64,000 nt of DNA from an uncultured bacterium (lineage in GTDB: Bacteria; Acidobacteriota; Thermoanaerobaculia; Multivoradales; JAHZIX01), in assembly GCA_965368975.1 (NCBI GenBank), contig CBDUPA010000001.1, forward strand, positions 480,001-544,000. Direction: 5' to 3'. Below the pieces are notes generated by a model. It saw only the letters and a program-made list of their open reading frames with translations, was not told where the DNA came from and did not search any database. Below, piece after piece: positions 8,356 through 19,284 of this stretch. Position 1 is the stretch's first letter. The number at the start of each line of letters is the position of its first letter. Both the position numbers and the translations under genes were made by a program.

Positions 8356-10869
8356 ATGGTCACTGAGACGGGCACCCGCACCCTCATCCGTTGGTTTGAC
8401 GACATCCGGGCCGAAGACGTGCCGGAAGTCGGAGGCAAGAACGCGTCTCTGGGCGAGATGACGCGCTCCCTGGCAGGGGCTGGTGTGCGCGTGCCGCAGG
8501 GTTTTGCCACCACGGCTGCTGCCTACCGCGACTTCGTGGCGTTCAACGATCTGGAGCCCACACTACGTGCGTCGCTGGCTCAGCTAGCCACCGGGTCGCA
8601 GACTCTGGCCCAAGTGGGCGCGGAGCTTCGGAAAGCCTTCCTGGCTGCCGAGCTGCCGCCGGAGTTGCGCGAGCAGATCGGTACTGCCTACCGGGAGCTG
8701 GCGCAGCGCTGTGGCTGTACGGACGACGCAGAAGCCGGGGCGCTCGATGTCGCGGTGCGCAGCAGCGCCACTGCCGAGGACTTACCGCAGGCGAGCTTTG
8801 CCGGGCAGCAGGAGACGTTCCTCAACGTGCGCGGAGAGGCGGCTCTGCTCGATGCGTGCCGCCGCTGCTATGCCTCGCTGTTCACCGACCGCGCCATCGC
8901 CTACCGGCAGGAAAACGGTTTCGACCACCTCGAAGTCGCCCTGTCGATCGGCGTCCAGCGCATGGTGCGTTCCGACCGCGCAGGCTCCGGCGTCCTGTTC
9001 ACCCTCGATCCGGAGACCGGCTTTCCAGACCTAGTGCTGATCAACGCGGCCTGGGGCCTCGGCGAGACGGTGGTGCAGGGGACGGTCAATCCGGACCAGT
9101 ACACTGTCTTCAAGCCGCTGCTCGAGCAGCCCGACGTGGTGCCGATCCTGAGCAAGGAGCGCGGCAGCAAGGAAATCAAGATGGTGTACCGGGCCGACGA
9201 CGCAGCGCCGTCCACGGGGAGTGCGCGTGGGACCATGACGGTGCCGACCGGTGAGGCGGAGCGCCGCGCCTTCGTGCTCGACGACGAACAGATTCTGACG
9301 CTGGCCCGCTGGGGACGGCGCATCGAGCAGCACTACGGCCGGCCGATGGACATCGAGTGGGCGCTGGACGAGACCGGCGAGCTGTTCATCGTCCAGGCGC
9401 GGCCGGAAACGGTGCAGTCGCGGCGTGCACCTTCGGCGCTCAAGACCTTCCGTCTGGAGGAGCCCGCCGCTGCTTTGCAGAGCAAGTGCCTGCTCTCAGG
9501 GCTAGCGGTGGGACAGGCAGTGGCCACGGGGCCGGTGCAGGTGCTGCGCAGTGTCTCGGAACTGGCCAAGTTCCGCGACGGCTCGGTGCTGGTCACCGAG
9601 GTGACCGATCCGGATTGGGTGCCCGTGCTCAAGCGCGCCGCGGGCGTGGTCACCGACCGTGGCGGACGCACCTCACACGCCGCGATCGTCAGCCGGGAGT
9701 TCGGCATTCCGGCGATCGTGGGCACGGGCGAGGCGACTCGGGTGCTGCAGGACGGCCAGCAAGTGACGCTGTCGTGCATCGAAGGCGACCAGGGGCATGT
9801 CTACGCTGGGCGTCTCGCCTTCCACGAGCAGCATCTCGACCTGAGCGACATGCCGCCGACGCGCACGCACATCCAGATGAACGTCGCCAGTCCGGCGGTG
9901 GCGCTGCGCTGGTGGCGGCTGCCGTGCCGGGGCGTCGGCCTGGCGCGCATGGAGTACCTGATCAACAACGTCATCCAGATCCATCCCCTGGCATTGAAGC
10001 GCTTCGAGCAGGTCGAAGATGCGGACGAGCGTCGACGGATCGAGGAACTGACGTGCGACTGGCCGAGCAAGGAAGAGTACTTCGTCGACCAGCTGGCGCG
10101 CGGCATCGCCATCATCGCCGCGGCGCAGTACCCGCATCCCGTGATCGTCCGCATGAGCGACTTCAAGACCAACGAGTACGCCAACCTGATCGGCGGCCGG
10201 GCGTTCGAGCCGGCGGAAGAGAACCCGATGCTCGGCTGGCGCGGCGCGTCGCGTTACTACAGTGACGACTATCGCGACGGGTTCGCGCTCGAGTGTCAAG
10301 CGATCCGGCGGGTACGCCAGGCAATGGGCTTCGCCAATGTGGTGGTGATGATCCCCTTCTGCCGCACGCCGGCGGAAGCGGATCGCGTGCTCGCCGAGAT
10401 GGCCTTCAACGGCCTGCGCCGCGGTGTCGACGACTTGCGGGTCTACGTCATGGCGGAGATCCCGTCCAACATTCTGGAAGCGGAAGCCTTCGCCGAGCGC
10501 TTCGACGGCTTCTCGATCGGCTCCAACGATCTCACCCAGCTGGTCCTGGGCGTCGGCCGGGACTCCGAGAAGCTGGCCTACCTCTTCGACGAACGCAGCC
10601 CCTCGGTGCTGGCCATGATCCGTGACCTGATCGAACGCGCACACCGTGTCGGCAAGCCGGTGGGCATTTGTGGTCAGGCTCCCTCGGACCACCCGGACTT
10701 CGCCGAATTCCTGGTCGAGGCTGGCATCGACTCGATCTCGCTGGTGCCGGACAGTGTCTTGGCGACGATCCCGCATGTCGCCGCCGCCGAGCGGGCTCTG
10801 GAGTTGCAGGAAGAGGAGCCGCAGGAAGAGGAGCCGCAGGAGGAGGTGCACCTGCATGGTGTCAGTTGA
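8356..10869 (+). CDS. ppsA: Phosphoenolpyruvate synthase
   Basis: VGGKNASLGEM, AVRSSATAEDL, SFAGQQETFLN, GGRTSHAAI (phospho-His), FSIGSNDLTQL; GGAGG SD before ATG 8356. Confidence 0.96.
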   Translation: MVTETGTRTLIRWFDDIRAEDVPEVGGKNASLGEMTRSLAGAGVRVPQGFATTAAAYRDFVAFNDLEPTLRASLAQLATGSQTLAQVGAELRKAFLAAELPPELREQIGTAYRELAQRCGCTDDAEAGALDVAVRSSATAEDLPQASFAGQQETFLNVRGEAALLDACRRCYASLFTDRAIAYRQENGFDHLEVALSIGVQRMVRSDRAGSGVLFTLDPETGFPDLVLINAAWGLGETVVQGTVNPDQYTVFKPLLEQPDVVPILSKERGSKEIKMVYRADDAAPSTGSARGTMTVPTGEAERRAFVLDDEQILTLARWGRRIEQHYGRPMDIEWALDETGELFIVQARPETVQSRRAPSALKTFRLEEPAAALQSKCLLSGLAVGQAVATGPVQVLRSVSELAKFRDGSVLVTEVTDPDWVPVLKRAAGVVTDRGGRTSHAAIVSREFGIPAIVGTGEATRVLQDGQQVTLSCIEGDQGHVYAGRLAFHEQHLDLSDMPPTRTHIQMNVASPAVALRWWRLPCRGVGLARMEYLINNVIQIHPLALKRFEQVEDADERRRIEELTCDWPSKEEYFVDQLARGIAIIAAAQYPHPVIVRMSDFKTNEYANLIGGRAFEPAEENPMLGWRGASRYYSDDYRDGFALECQAIRRVRQAMGFANVVVMIPFCRTPAEADRVLAEMAFNGLRRGVDDLRVYVMAEIPSNILEAEAFAERFDGFSIGSNDLTQLVLGVGRDSEKLAYLFDERSPSVLAMIRDLIERAHRVGKPVGICGQAPSDHPDFAEFLVEAGIDSISLVPDSVLATIPHVAAAERALELQEEEPQEEEPQEEVHLHGVS
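10807..10845 (+). repeat. 15-bp tandem repeat encoding the QEEEP acidic tail of PpsA
   Basis: caggaagaggagccg x2 plus a partial copy. Confidence 0.85.
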
Positions 10870-10932
10870 GGTGTACTGTGTGAAGGTCGATCCGACCGTC
10901 GACCGACCGGTTCTTTGGTATAAAGCATCCTC

Positions 10933-11922
10933 ATGAGCTACCCGACCACCCGTCTACGCCGCTTGCGCCGCACCCCGGTCCTGCGGCGCTTGGCGCGCGA
11001 GACGCGTCTGACCGCCGACAACTTGGTGCTGCCGCTCTTCGCCTGCCCCGGCGAGGGCGTCGAGAAGCCGATCGAATCGCTGCCGGGCGTCGCGCAGCAG
11101 TCCCCCGATGTCCTCGCCGCGACCGCCAAGGAGGCGTTCGAAGAAGGCATCCCGGCGGTGATCCTGTTTGGCATTCCGGCCAGCAAGGATGCCATCGGCT
11201 CGTCCTCCTGGCACGATGACGGCATCGTGCAGCAGGCGCTGCGCATCCTGAAGCGCGAGGTGCCCGACCTGGTGCGCATCGTCGATCTGTGCTTCTGCGA
11301 GTACACCGACCACGGGCACTGCGGAGTGCTGCGCGACGACGGCAGCGTCGACAACGACGCGACGGTGGCCAACCTGGCCAGGCAGGCCGTGTCCCTGGCG
11401 CGCGCCGGGGCCGACATCATCGCGCCGTCGGACATGATGGATGGGCGCATCGGCGGCGTGCGCACGGCGCTCGACGCGGAGGGTTTCGGCGAGGTGGCGA
11501 TCCTGGCGTACGCGGCGAAGTTCGCCAGCGCTTTCTACGGCCCGTTCCGCGACGTCGCCGAGTCGGCTCCTGCCTTCGGCGATCGGCGTGCCTACCAGAT
11601 GGACCCCGCCAACCGGCGCGAGGCCCGGCGCGAGGTGGCGCTGGATGTCGAGGAAGGGGCGGACCTGCTGATGGTCAAGCCGGCGTTGCCCTATCTCGAC
11701 GTGCTCGTCGACATGCGGGCGCGCTACGATCACCCGCTGGCGGCGTACCACGTTAGCGGCGAGTACGCGATGCTGCACGCGGCGGCGGCCAAGGGCTGGC
11801 TCGACTACGACCGCGGCCTGATGGAGACGCTGCTGAGTCTCCGGCGCGCGGGCGCGGACTTGATCTTGACCTACGGCGCGCGCCACGCAGCGCGGCTGCT
11901 GCGTCAGGGCTGGACGGAGTAG
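10933..11922 (+). CDS. hemB: Porphobilinogen synthase (ALA dehydratase)
   Basis: DLCFCEYTDHGHCG Zn site, APSDMMDGRI, AKFASAFYGPFR, LMVKPA, YHVSGEY. Confidence 0.97.
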   Translation: MSYPTTRLRRLRRTPVLRRLARETRLTADNLVLPLFACPGEGVEKPIESLPGVAQQSPDVLAATAKEAFEEGIPAVILFGIPASKDAIGSSSWHDDGIVQQALRILKREVPDLVRIVDLCFCEYTDHGHCGVLRDDGSVDNDATVANLARQAVSLARAGADIIAPSDMMDGRIGGVRTALDAEGFGEVAILAYAAKFASAFYGPFRDVAESAPAFGDRRAYQMDPANRREARREVALDVEEGADLLMVKPALPYLDVLVDMRARYDHPLAAYHVSGEYAMLHAAAAKGWLDYDRGLMETLLSLRRAGADLILTYGARHAARLLRQGWTE

Positions 11923-11930
11923 GCCTTCTC

Positions 11931-11970
11931 TCCCCGAGACGATTTCCCCGAGACGATGTCCCGAGACGAT
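11931..11970. repeat. Intergenic ~13-14-bp tandem repeat (cccgagacgat x3)
   Basis: tccccgagacgatt-tccccgagacgat-gtcccgagacgat. Confidence 0.8.
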
Positions 11971-11994
11971 GCAACGACGAGGAGTCACAACGAT

Positions 11995-13290
11995 ATGAGT
12001 ATCTTGGAGCGCGCTTCGCGCGTGCTGCCCGGTGGGGTCAATTCGCCGGTGCGCGCCTTCCGCGGGGTCGGCGGCGAACCGGTGTTCGTGCGTTCGGCCG
12101 ACGGTGCCTACTTGGAGGCGACCGACGGCAAGCGCTACATCGACTACATCTGCGGCTACGGTCCCCACATCCTGGGCCACGGTCACCCGGCGATCCGCGC
12201 GGCGCTGCGTCAGGCGGTCGAGCGGGGGACCTGCTTTGGCGCACCGACGGTGGCCGAGGTCGAACTGGCCGAGCTGGTGATCTCGGCGATGCCGTCGATC
12301 GAGATGGTGCGGCTGGTCAACTCCGGTACCGAAGCGTGCATGTCGGCACTGCGCCTGGCGCGCGCGGCGACGGGGCGCAACAAGATCGTCAAGTTCGAGG
12401 GCTGCTATCACGGTCATGCCGATGCCTTCTTGGTCGCCGCCGGTTCCGGGGCCGCGACGCTCGGGGTGCCGTCGTCGCCCGGTGTGCCCGAAGCGGTGAC
12501 CGCGGATACGTTGCTGGCGCCGTTCAATGATCTGGACGCCGTCGCCGCTCTCTTCGCCCAGCACCGTGATGCCGAGCGGAGTGACATCGCTGCCGTCGTC
12601 GTCGAGCCGATCGCTGGCAACATGGGACTGGTGCCGCCGGTGCCGGGTTTCCTCGAAGGGCTGCGCCAGCTGTGCGACGCCCACGGTGCCTTGCTGATCT
12701 TCGACGAGGTGATGACCGGCTTCCGCGTTGCGCCGGGCGGCGCGCAGTCGCTGTACGACGTGCGCCCGGACCTGACCACCCTCGGCAAGGTGATCGGCGG
12801 TGGCCTGCCGATCGCGGCCTATGGTGGCCGCCGCGACTTGATGCAGCAGATCGCCCCTGCTGGTCCCGTCTATCAGGCCGGTACGCTGTCGGGCAATCCG
12901 TTGGCCGTGGCGGCCGGGCACGCCGCACTGTCGACGCTGCTCGCCGACGGCGCGGCGCTGTTCGAGCAGCTGGAAGTCACGGGCAGCGCGCTCGAAGCCG
13001 GGCTGCGCGGTGCCGCTGAAGAAGCCGGCGTTCCGTGTCAGGTGGTGCGCAAGGGCGCCATGCTGGGCTTCTTCTTCCACGACCAGCCCGTGACGTGTCT
13101 GGGCGACGTCGACGCTGCGGACCACGAGCGCTTCAAGCGCGTTTTTCACCACCTGCTGCGCGCCGGCGTTCACCTGCCGCCGTCCGCGTACGAGACTTGG
13201 TTCTTCTCGGCAGCCCACGGCGAACCCGAAGTCCGGGCGACCCTGACTGCCTTCGCCGAAGCCTTGGCTCGCGAGGCCGCGGCGGCGTGA
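11995..13290 (+). CDS. hemL: Glutamate-1-semialdehyde 2,1-aminomutase
   Basis: PGGVNSPVRAF, NSGTEA, KFEGCYHGH, FDEVMTGFR, GKVIGGG, YQAGTLSGNP; start placed at ATG 11995 after GAGGAG. Confidence 0.97.
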   Translation: MSILERASRVLPGGVNSPVRAFRGVGGEPVFVRSADGAYLEATDGKRYIDYICGYGPHILGHGHPAIRAALRQAVERGTCFGAPTVAEVELAELVISAMPSIEMVRLVNSGTEACMSALRLARAATGRNKIVKFEGCYHGHADAFLVAAGSGAATLGVPSSPGVPEAVTADTLLAPFNDLDAVAALFAQHRDAERSDIAAVVVEPIAGNMGLVPPVPGFLEGLRQLCDAHGALLIFDEVMTGFRVAPGGAQSLYDVRPDLTTLGKVIGGGLPIAAYGGRRDLMQQIAPAGPVYQAGTLSGNPLAVAAGHAALSTLLADGAALFEQLEVTGSALEAGLRGAAEEAGVPCQVVRKGAMLGFFFHDQPVTCLGDVDAADHERFKRVFHHLLRAGVHLPPSAYETWFFSAAHGEPEVRATLTAFAEALAREAAAA

Positions 13291-13415
13291 AGGCCATCAG
13301 AACGCCGGCTCTCGGAAGCCGGCGCCGATGGGCTGGCGGGGAGGGCGGGAAACGATATACTGTCCCTACTGTGACCGCCTGTGAGACACCCGTACGAATT
13401 GAGGAGTAGCTGCTG

Positions 13416-13673
13416 ATGACGCATATCATCACCGAACCCTGCGTGGGCACCAAGGACACCGCCTGCGTCGATGTTTGTCCCGTGGATTGCATCTACGGCA
13501 AGGACGAAGACTGGGACGCGCTGTACATCCAGCCCGAAGAGTGCATCGACTGCGGCTTGTGCGTCGATGCCTGCCCGGTCCAGGCCATCTTCCCGGAAGA
13601 AGAAGTTCCGGAGAAGTGGCATACTTGGATCGGTAAGAACTACACAAAATTCGACCTCGAGCCGCCGGAGTAG
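13416..13673 (+). CDS. FdxA-type dicluster (7Fe/8Fe) ferredoxin
   Basis: MTHIITEPC...ACVDVCPVDCI...ECIDCGLCVDACPV; GAGGAG SD. Confidence 0.93.
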   Translation: MTHIITEPCVGTKDTACVDVCPVDCIYGKDEDWDALYIQPEECIDCGLCVDACPVQAIFPEEEVPEKWHTWIGKNYTKFDLEPPE

Positions 13674-13679
13674 CTGTCC

Positions 13680-14129
13680 ATGCACGAACTGAGCTTTCCT
13701 CTGATTTTCCGACGGCCGGCGGGTAGCGGCAAGGACGCGCCAGCGGTTGCTGAGAGTGTCCGCTTCACCACCAAGATCAGTGCCCGGCAGGTCAAGAGCA
13801 CGGTGCGGCCGCTGCAGGGTGCCAAGGCGGTGTTGCAGAACCGTTTCCGTTTCCTCGACTCGGCCAACATCCGCTTCCAGGAATGGGGCGAGGTCGCCTT
13901 CGGCTCCGGCGAGAGCAAGCTTTTCTTCAGTGGTGAAGGCATCGTTCTCGGCAAGCCGGATCCCGACGGTCGTTTTACCCAGGGCACGGCCCACTGGCGA
14001 GTGGTCGGCGGCACCGGATTTTTCCACGGTGCCGTTGGAGCCATCTCGAGCAACTTCCTGGTCGACCTCGATCCGAAGAACAACGAGCTGATCGACCGGC
14101 ACGTCTACGTTCTGTATCTACCGGGCTAG
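13680..14129 (+). CDS. Hypothetical protein, allene-oxide-cyclase/dirigent-like beta-barrel
   Basis: Beta-rich 149 aa with WRVVGGTGFFHGAVG, resembling the GGTGxFxGAxG motif; starts 6 nt after the ferredoxin. Confidence 0.55.
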   Translation: MHELSFPLIFRRPAGSGKDAPAVAESVRFTTKISARQVKSTVRPLQGAKAVLQNRFRFLDSANIRFQEWGEVAFGSGESKLFFSGEGIVLGKPDPDGRFTQGTAHWRVVGGTGFFHGAVGAISSNFLVDLDPKNNELIDRHVYVLYLPG

Positions 14130-14161
14130 CGGCAGATCGAGCGCTAGCGGTAGCTTGCGGT

Positions 14162-15157
14162 TTAGCGGCAACTCGGTAGCAGTACGAATGGCGGTCCCGC
14201 GGTACGTCCTTCAGGGTCGTTCGGGATCGCCGTTCGCATCAGCTCCTTGGCCTGCACCTCGACGGCGTACATCGAGCCGATGGCGTTGCGCAGGAAGGTG
14301 GGCTCGCCGTTGAAGGTTCGGTGCAGGCCCTTGAGCAGCTTGCTGTAGCTACCAGCGAACAACTCGGCGTTGCTCGCTAGCTGGCTGCCCGGCGGATACG
14401 ACTTCAAGGTTGGATTGGCTAGCATGGGCCAGACGCCGTCCGGATCGAAGGGGATGGGCTCGCCGGAGAAGGTCCACTTACCACCCTCGTTGACCAGGCG
14501 GTGGCCATAGTAGATCTCGGCGAACTTGTAGTAGTGGGCGAGTTCGTCGTATCCGTCCTCGGGATCGATCGGTGATGCGCCCTCTCCTTCTTCGACGATT
14601 TCGTGGATCGCGCGGTGGGCGCTGGCCGGGTCGGTGACCTCGAACAACTCGCCAGGGCCGTGCCATTGCGTCACCTGGCGCGATGGATCGCCGGTGAAGG
14701 CATCGTGGCCGAGAGTCTCGATCAGGTCGGTAATGCGCTGGTAGAAGTCGGCGATGGTGTGGCCGTCGGTTTGCGGTGGCTGGTTGCCCGGGATCTTGGT
14801 CACGTCCGGCTCCTCGATGACCATGAAGACGTTCTTGATCAGGTCCTTGGAGAACGGTTCCAGTGGCACGATCAGGTGGCCGCGGGGTCCCAGGGGTAGT
14901 GGCGCTGGGTAGTTGGGCACGAAGCCCGGTGCGTTGATCACCGGTGCGCCGCCGACCGCGTTGAGGATGTTGCAGGCCAGGGCCATGTGCAGCATCTCTT
15001 CCATCACCACGCTGCGGATCAGCTGGCCGATCTGGTCATTGACGCCGGTCTTGAGCGAGAACCAGGCACACAGGTAGGGTGGGATGGTCGAGTGTTCCAA
15101 CTCGACCGCCTGCTGCAGCAGGGTACGCAGTTCGTGCAGTTCGTCCTGGTAGCTCAT
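14162..15157 (-). CDS. Ferritin-like protein (VioB/RebD C-terminal-type di-iron domain)
   Basis: AVELEHSTIPPYL, EEMLH, NILNAVG, IVEEGEG, AHYYKF, AGPPF. Confidence 0.85.
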   Translation of the reverse strand: MSYQDELHELRTLLQQAVELEHSTIPPYLCAWFSLKTGVNDQIGQLIRSVVMEEMLHMALACNILNAVGGAPVINAPGFVPNYPAPLPLGPRGHLIVPLEPFSKDLIKNVFMVIEEPDVTKIPGNQPPQTDGHTIADFYQRITDLIETLGHDAFTGDPSRQVTQWHGPGELFEVTDPASAHRAIHEIVEEGEGASPIDPEDGYDELAHYYKFAEIYYGHRLVNEGGKWTFSGEPIPFDPDGVWPMLANPTLKSYPPGSQLASNAELFAGSYSKLLKGLHRTFNGEPTFLRNAIGSMYAVEVQAKELMRTAIPNDPEGRTAGPPFVLLPSCR

Positions 15158-16929
15158 GGATTCTTTTCCTCACTGCTGGGGAGTTGGCCAGTGACGGATG
15201 GGCTGGGTGGTGGTTCTCCGAGCAAGGGGTGTCCACGCAGAGCCTGCTCGAGCCAGGTCAGGATCATCTCGCGCTTGGTCTTGCTCAGGTCGCGGGTGAC
15301 CGGCATATAGGCGGGATCGTCGACCGGTAGGCTCAGCGCCATGCGCAGGATGGCCGCATGGCGTACCACGGTCTCGTAATCGCCTAAGTCCATGATCTGC
15401 TTCATCACCGGATACAGGCGGCTGTACTGGTAGAGAATCGGCTGCACGTCGCCCCACCAGGTGGGTGGGTCGTTCCAGGTCGTGTGGTCCCAGACCAGGA
15501 CACTCAGGAAGTTGTTGTTGTTGCGGCTGTAGTTGAGCTGCGCCATCTCGGCCAGGTTGAAGCCAACGCCATAGACCTGCCCGTCGATGTAGTGGCGCGG
15601 ATTGTCCGGATCGTGGGCACGCAACTCGAAGCTGACCCATCCATCGGTGCCGGTGGCAGCGGGTGGTGGCAATTCCAGCGCTGCGGTGGGCAGGCCGGTG
15701 GGGAGGGTCGATGGGTTCATGGCGTTCTGCATCATGTTCAGCTGCTCGGTCGCGAACTCGAGACTGACTTCTTGGCCAGCAGCCGGGGCGCCGAAGCGCG
15801 TCACTAGTACGCGAGTCTCGGCTGTTTCGCCCGGATTCAAGCGGAAAATACTGTCTTCCGCGTTGATGTACAGTCCCTGTGGGTTCTCGCGTAGCAACGG
15901 CACCTCGCCATAGCCGGCGGAGTTGGCCACGATACCCACGGGGTTGTCGCGGATCAGTTCCAGATTGATGTCGCTGAGCGGGAACTCGACGATGCCGGCG
16001 GTCTGTGTGTACCAGGCGCTATCGCTGAAGGAGAGGGTGCCGAGGCTGACGAAGGGCCGATCTGGTGGCTGGATCTGGACGTCGAAGTCGCTGTAGCCGG
16101 CTACTGTGGGCTGGCCTTCAGGGTCGGTGGGCAAGGAGTTGCCGACATCGAGCACGAGTGTCTGGCGTGCATCGTCGACCTTGGCATAGCCGAAGTACAG
16201 CGGGTTGGTGATCCAGGCGTATTGGCTCGGGCGTAGGCATCGGCCTTTCAGGAAGCGCCATGGCTCGCCTTCGTACACAGGGCCGATGCTGCCGACGATA
16301 CGGCCGAAGGTGAAATCTGGGCTCGACGAATCGAGGACTGGTAAGTCGAGATTGAACTTGACCGACAACTGGCCCGCGACGGCGCCGTCGGCTTCAGTGG
16401 CTGCCTTCAACTGCTGCAAACACGGGGAAGCACTGACGTCGCCCCATTCGATGTGCTCGAGGATCGAGTGATAGAAGGCACCGGCCGGGGCGTCGCCGCC
16501 CGCACTACCGGTGGCGCGGATCCAGAAATCCTGGAAGGGCGACGCCCGATAATTTCCGACGAATGCGGGCGGATCGCCGGGACTGCCACCGAGACCACAC
16601 AGGCGCATCTGGAAGCCCCAGATTTGAGACGCCATCTGTTGCTCTGGGTCGAGGTCGACCAGCTTCGCCTCGGCGCGGTCGTCGGCACCGGTGATCGCCG
16701 TACCCACTACCGGGTCCACACCACTGCCGGTAGTGGAGAGGCCATGGGCGACGGTCACTCTGGTGACGCTGCAGCCGCGTAGCCGCCAGGCGCCGGAGCC
16801 CATCGGATTCCACAGTGGGTTCAGGTCGGGGTTCTTGTTGTTGTAATTACTCGGGACGTTGTCCACCGTGGGCACGTCCGCCTGGAACTGGCCGGCGAAG
16901 GTCAGTCGGGGCAGGTCGAGGTAGCTCAT
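15154..16929 (-). CDS. VioB/RebD-like N-terminal domain protein
   Basis: Start MSYLDLPRLTFAGQFQADVPTVDN (VioB-like) after GGAGG; WNPMG, LVDLDP, LYPVM, YMPVTRDLS; 4-bp overlap with the ferritin-like gene. Confidence 0.75.
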   Translation of the reverse strand: MSYLDLPRLTFAGQFQADVPTVDNVPSNYNNKNPDLNPLWNPMGSGAWRLRGCSVTRVTVAHGLSTTGSGVDPVVGTAITGADDRAEAKLVDLDPEQQMASQIWGFQMRLCGLGGSPGDPPAFVGNYRASPFQDFWIRATGSAGGDAPAGAFYHSILEHIEWGDVSASPCLQQLKAATEADGAVAGQLSVKFNLDLPVLDSSSPDFTFGRIVGSIGPVYEGEPWRFLKGRCLRPSQYAWITNPLYFGYAKVDDARQTLVLDVGNSLPTDPEGQPTVAGYSDFDVQIQPPDRPFVSLGTLSFSDSAWYTQTAGIVEFPLSDINLELIRDNPVGIVANSAGYGEVPLLRENPQGLYINAEDSIFRLNPGETAETRVLVTRFGAPAAGQEVSLEFATEQLNMMQNAMNPSTLPTGLPTAALELPPPAATGTDGWVSFELRAHDPDNPRHYIDGQVYGVGFNLAEMAQLNYSRNNNNFLSVLVWDHTTWNDPPTWWGDVQPILYQYSRLYPVMKQIMDLGDYETVVRHAAILRMALSLPVDDPAYMPVTRDLSKTKREMILTWLEQALRGHPLLGEPPPSPSVTGQLPSSEEKNP

Positions 16930-17104
16930 CGTTGCTGTCCTCCAAACTAGAAATCGCGCATCCGCCGGCGCTCGAGGGCGCGGGGCAGACGCTGGGCTGC
17001 AGCGTACGCTTCCTGGCAAATGAGACGATGACGAACAAAGATGCCTGAGACACTACGCGCGTCGGGCCGGGAATGCAAGCGGAGGTGGGAGGTAGGAGAG
17101 GCAG

Positions 17105-17140
17105 CAAAAAGCCCCCGACCGCGGGGCGGCCGAGGGCTCT
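17105..17140 (-). terminator. Rho-independent terminator after the RiPP precursor
   Basis: Minus strand AGCCCTCGGCCGC-CCC-GCGGTCGGGGGCT followed by TTTT. Confidence 0.8.
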
Positions 17141-17165
17141 TCGACGTACGGGTCGCCAGGTCAGC

Positions 17166-17366
17166 TCAGCGAGCGTCGCAGCAGAGGACCGTGTTCTCGG
17201 TCTCGAGTGCGAAGCCGACCGGCTTGACGTCCTTCTCATCGCAGCAGAGGACCGTGTTCTGGGTCTCCAGCGCGTAGGCACGGCCACCGTGGACGGCCTG
17301 GAGGTTCAAGCACTGCAGGGTTTCACGGTGCAGAGCGAGCTTGGTGCGGTGCGTCTTCTTCTTCAT
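17166..17366 (-). CDS. RiPP (lanthipeptide-like) precursor with duplicated core
   Basis: AAGGAG SD; leader MKKKTHRTKLALHRETL...AVHGG (double Gly); core repeats ALETQNTVLCCD and ALETENTVLCCD; own terminator. Confidence 0.8.
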   Translation of the reverse strand: MKKKTHRTKLALHRETLQCLNLQAVHGGRAYALETQNTVLCCDEKDVKPVGFALETENTVLCCDAR

Positions 17367-17457
17367 CGAATGTACTCCTTGGAAGCAACGAATGTTCGTT
17401 CAGGACCCGAACGCAAGGGAAAGGAGTCGTCAGCATAGGGCAGACGAGGCGTCGAGG

Positions 17458-19002
<1,545 letters not shown>

Positions 19003-19006
19003 GTCG

Positions 19007-19130
19007 AACTCCTGATGCTGGACGTTCCCGGAAAGCCGAGTCCACGCGCTGGACGCGGGGAGGTGGGGGACGTCAGGTTGACCCTTGGGGTGAACACTCA
19101 GGAATTACTTGCTCAAGCCGCTATCTCCTC
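19007..19130 (-). promoter_or_regulatory. Translational attenuator of ABC-F: uORF MSK* plus anti-SD
   Basis: Minus strand GAGGAG-N8-TTG AGC AAG TAA (19116-19105). AATTCCTGA (19106-19098) can pair with TCAGGAGTT (19015-19007), which contains the ABC-F SD. Confidence 0.7.
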
Positions 19131-19284
19131 TTGGTGGGCCGCCAAGGCTCTACGACCTCGGTGGTGGGTCGATGATGCCCGAGCCGGAGGCTGATTGCAA
19201 CCCGGCTCGGTGCGCCCTGCGGGAGAGGACTTCCGAGGCACGTCTCGTGCAGGTGCTGGCGTTTCGGAGCAGGTGCTGTCGACC

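Noticed and set aside
10954-13218. 754-aa minus-strand ORF
   Set aside because: Antisense to hemB/hemL; typical high-GC shadow frame.
17176-17276. Two ~36-bp repeats resembling a mini-CRISPR
   Set aside because: Only two copies, in frame, differing mainly at synonymous sites, with no cas genes; explained as duplicated peptide cores.
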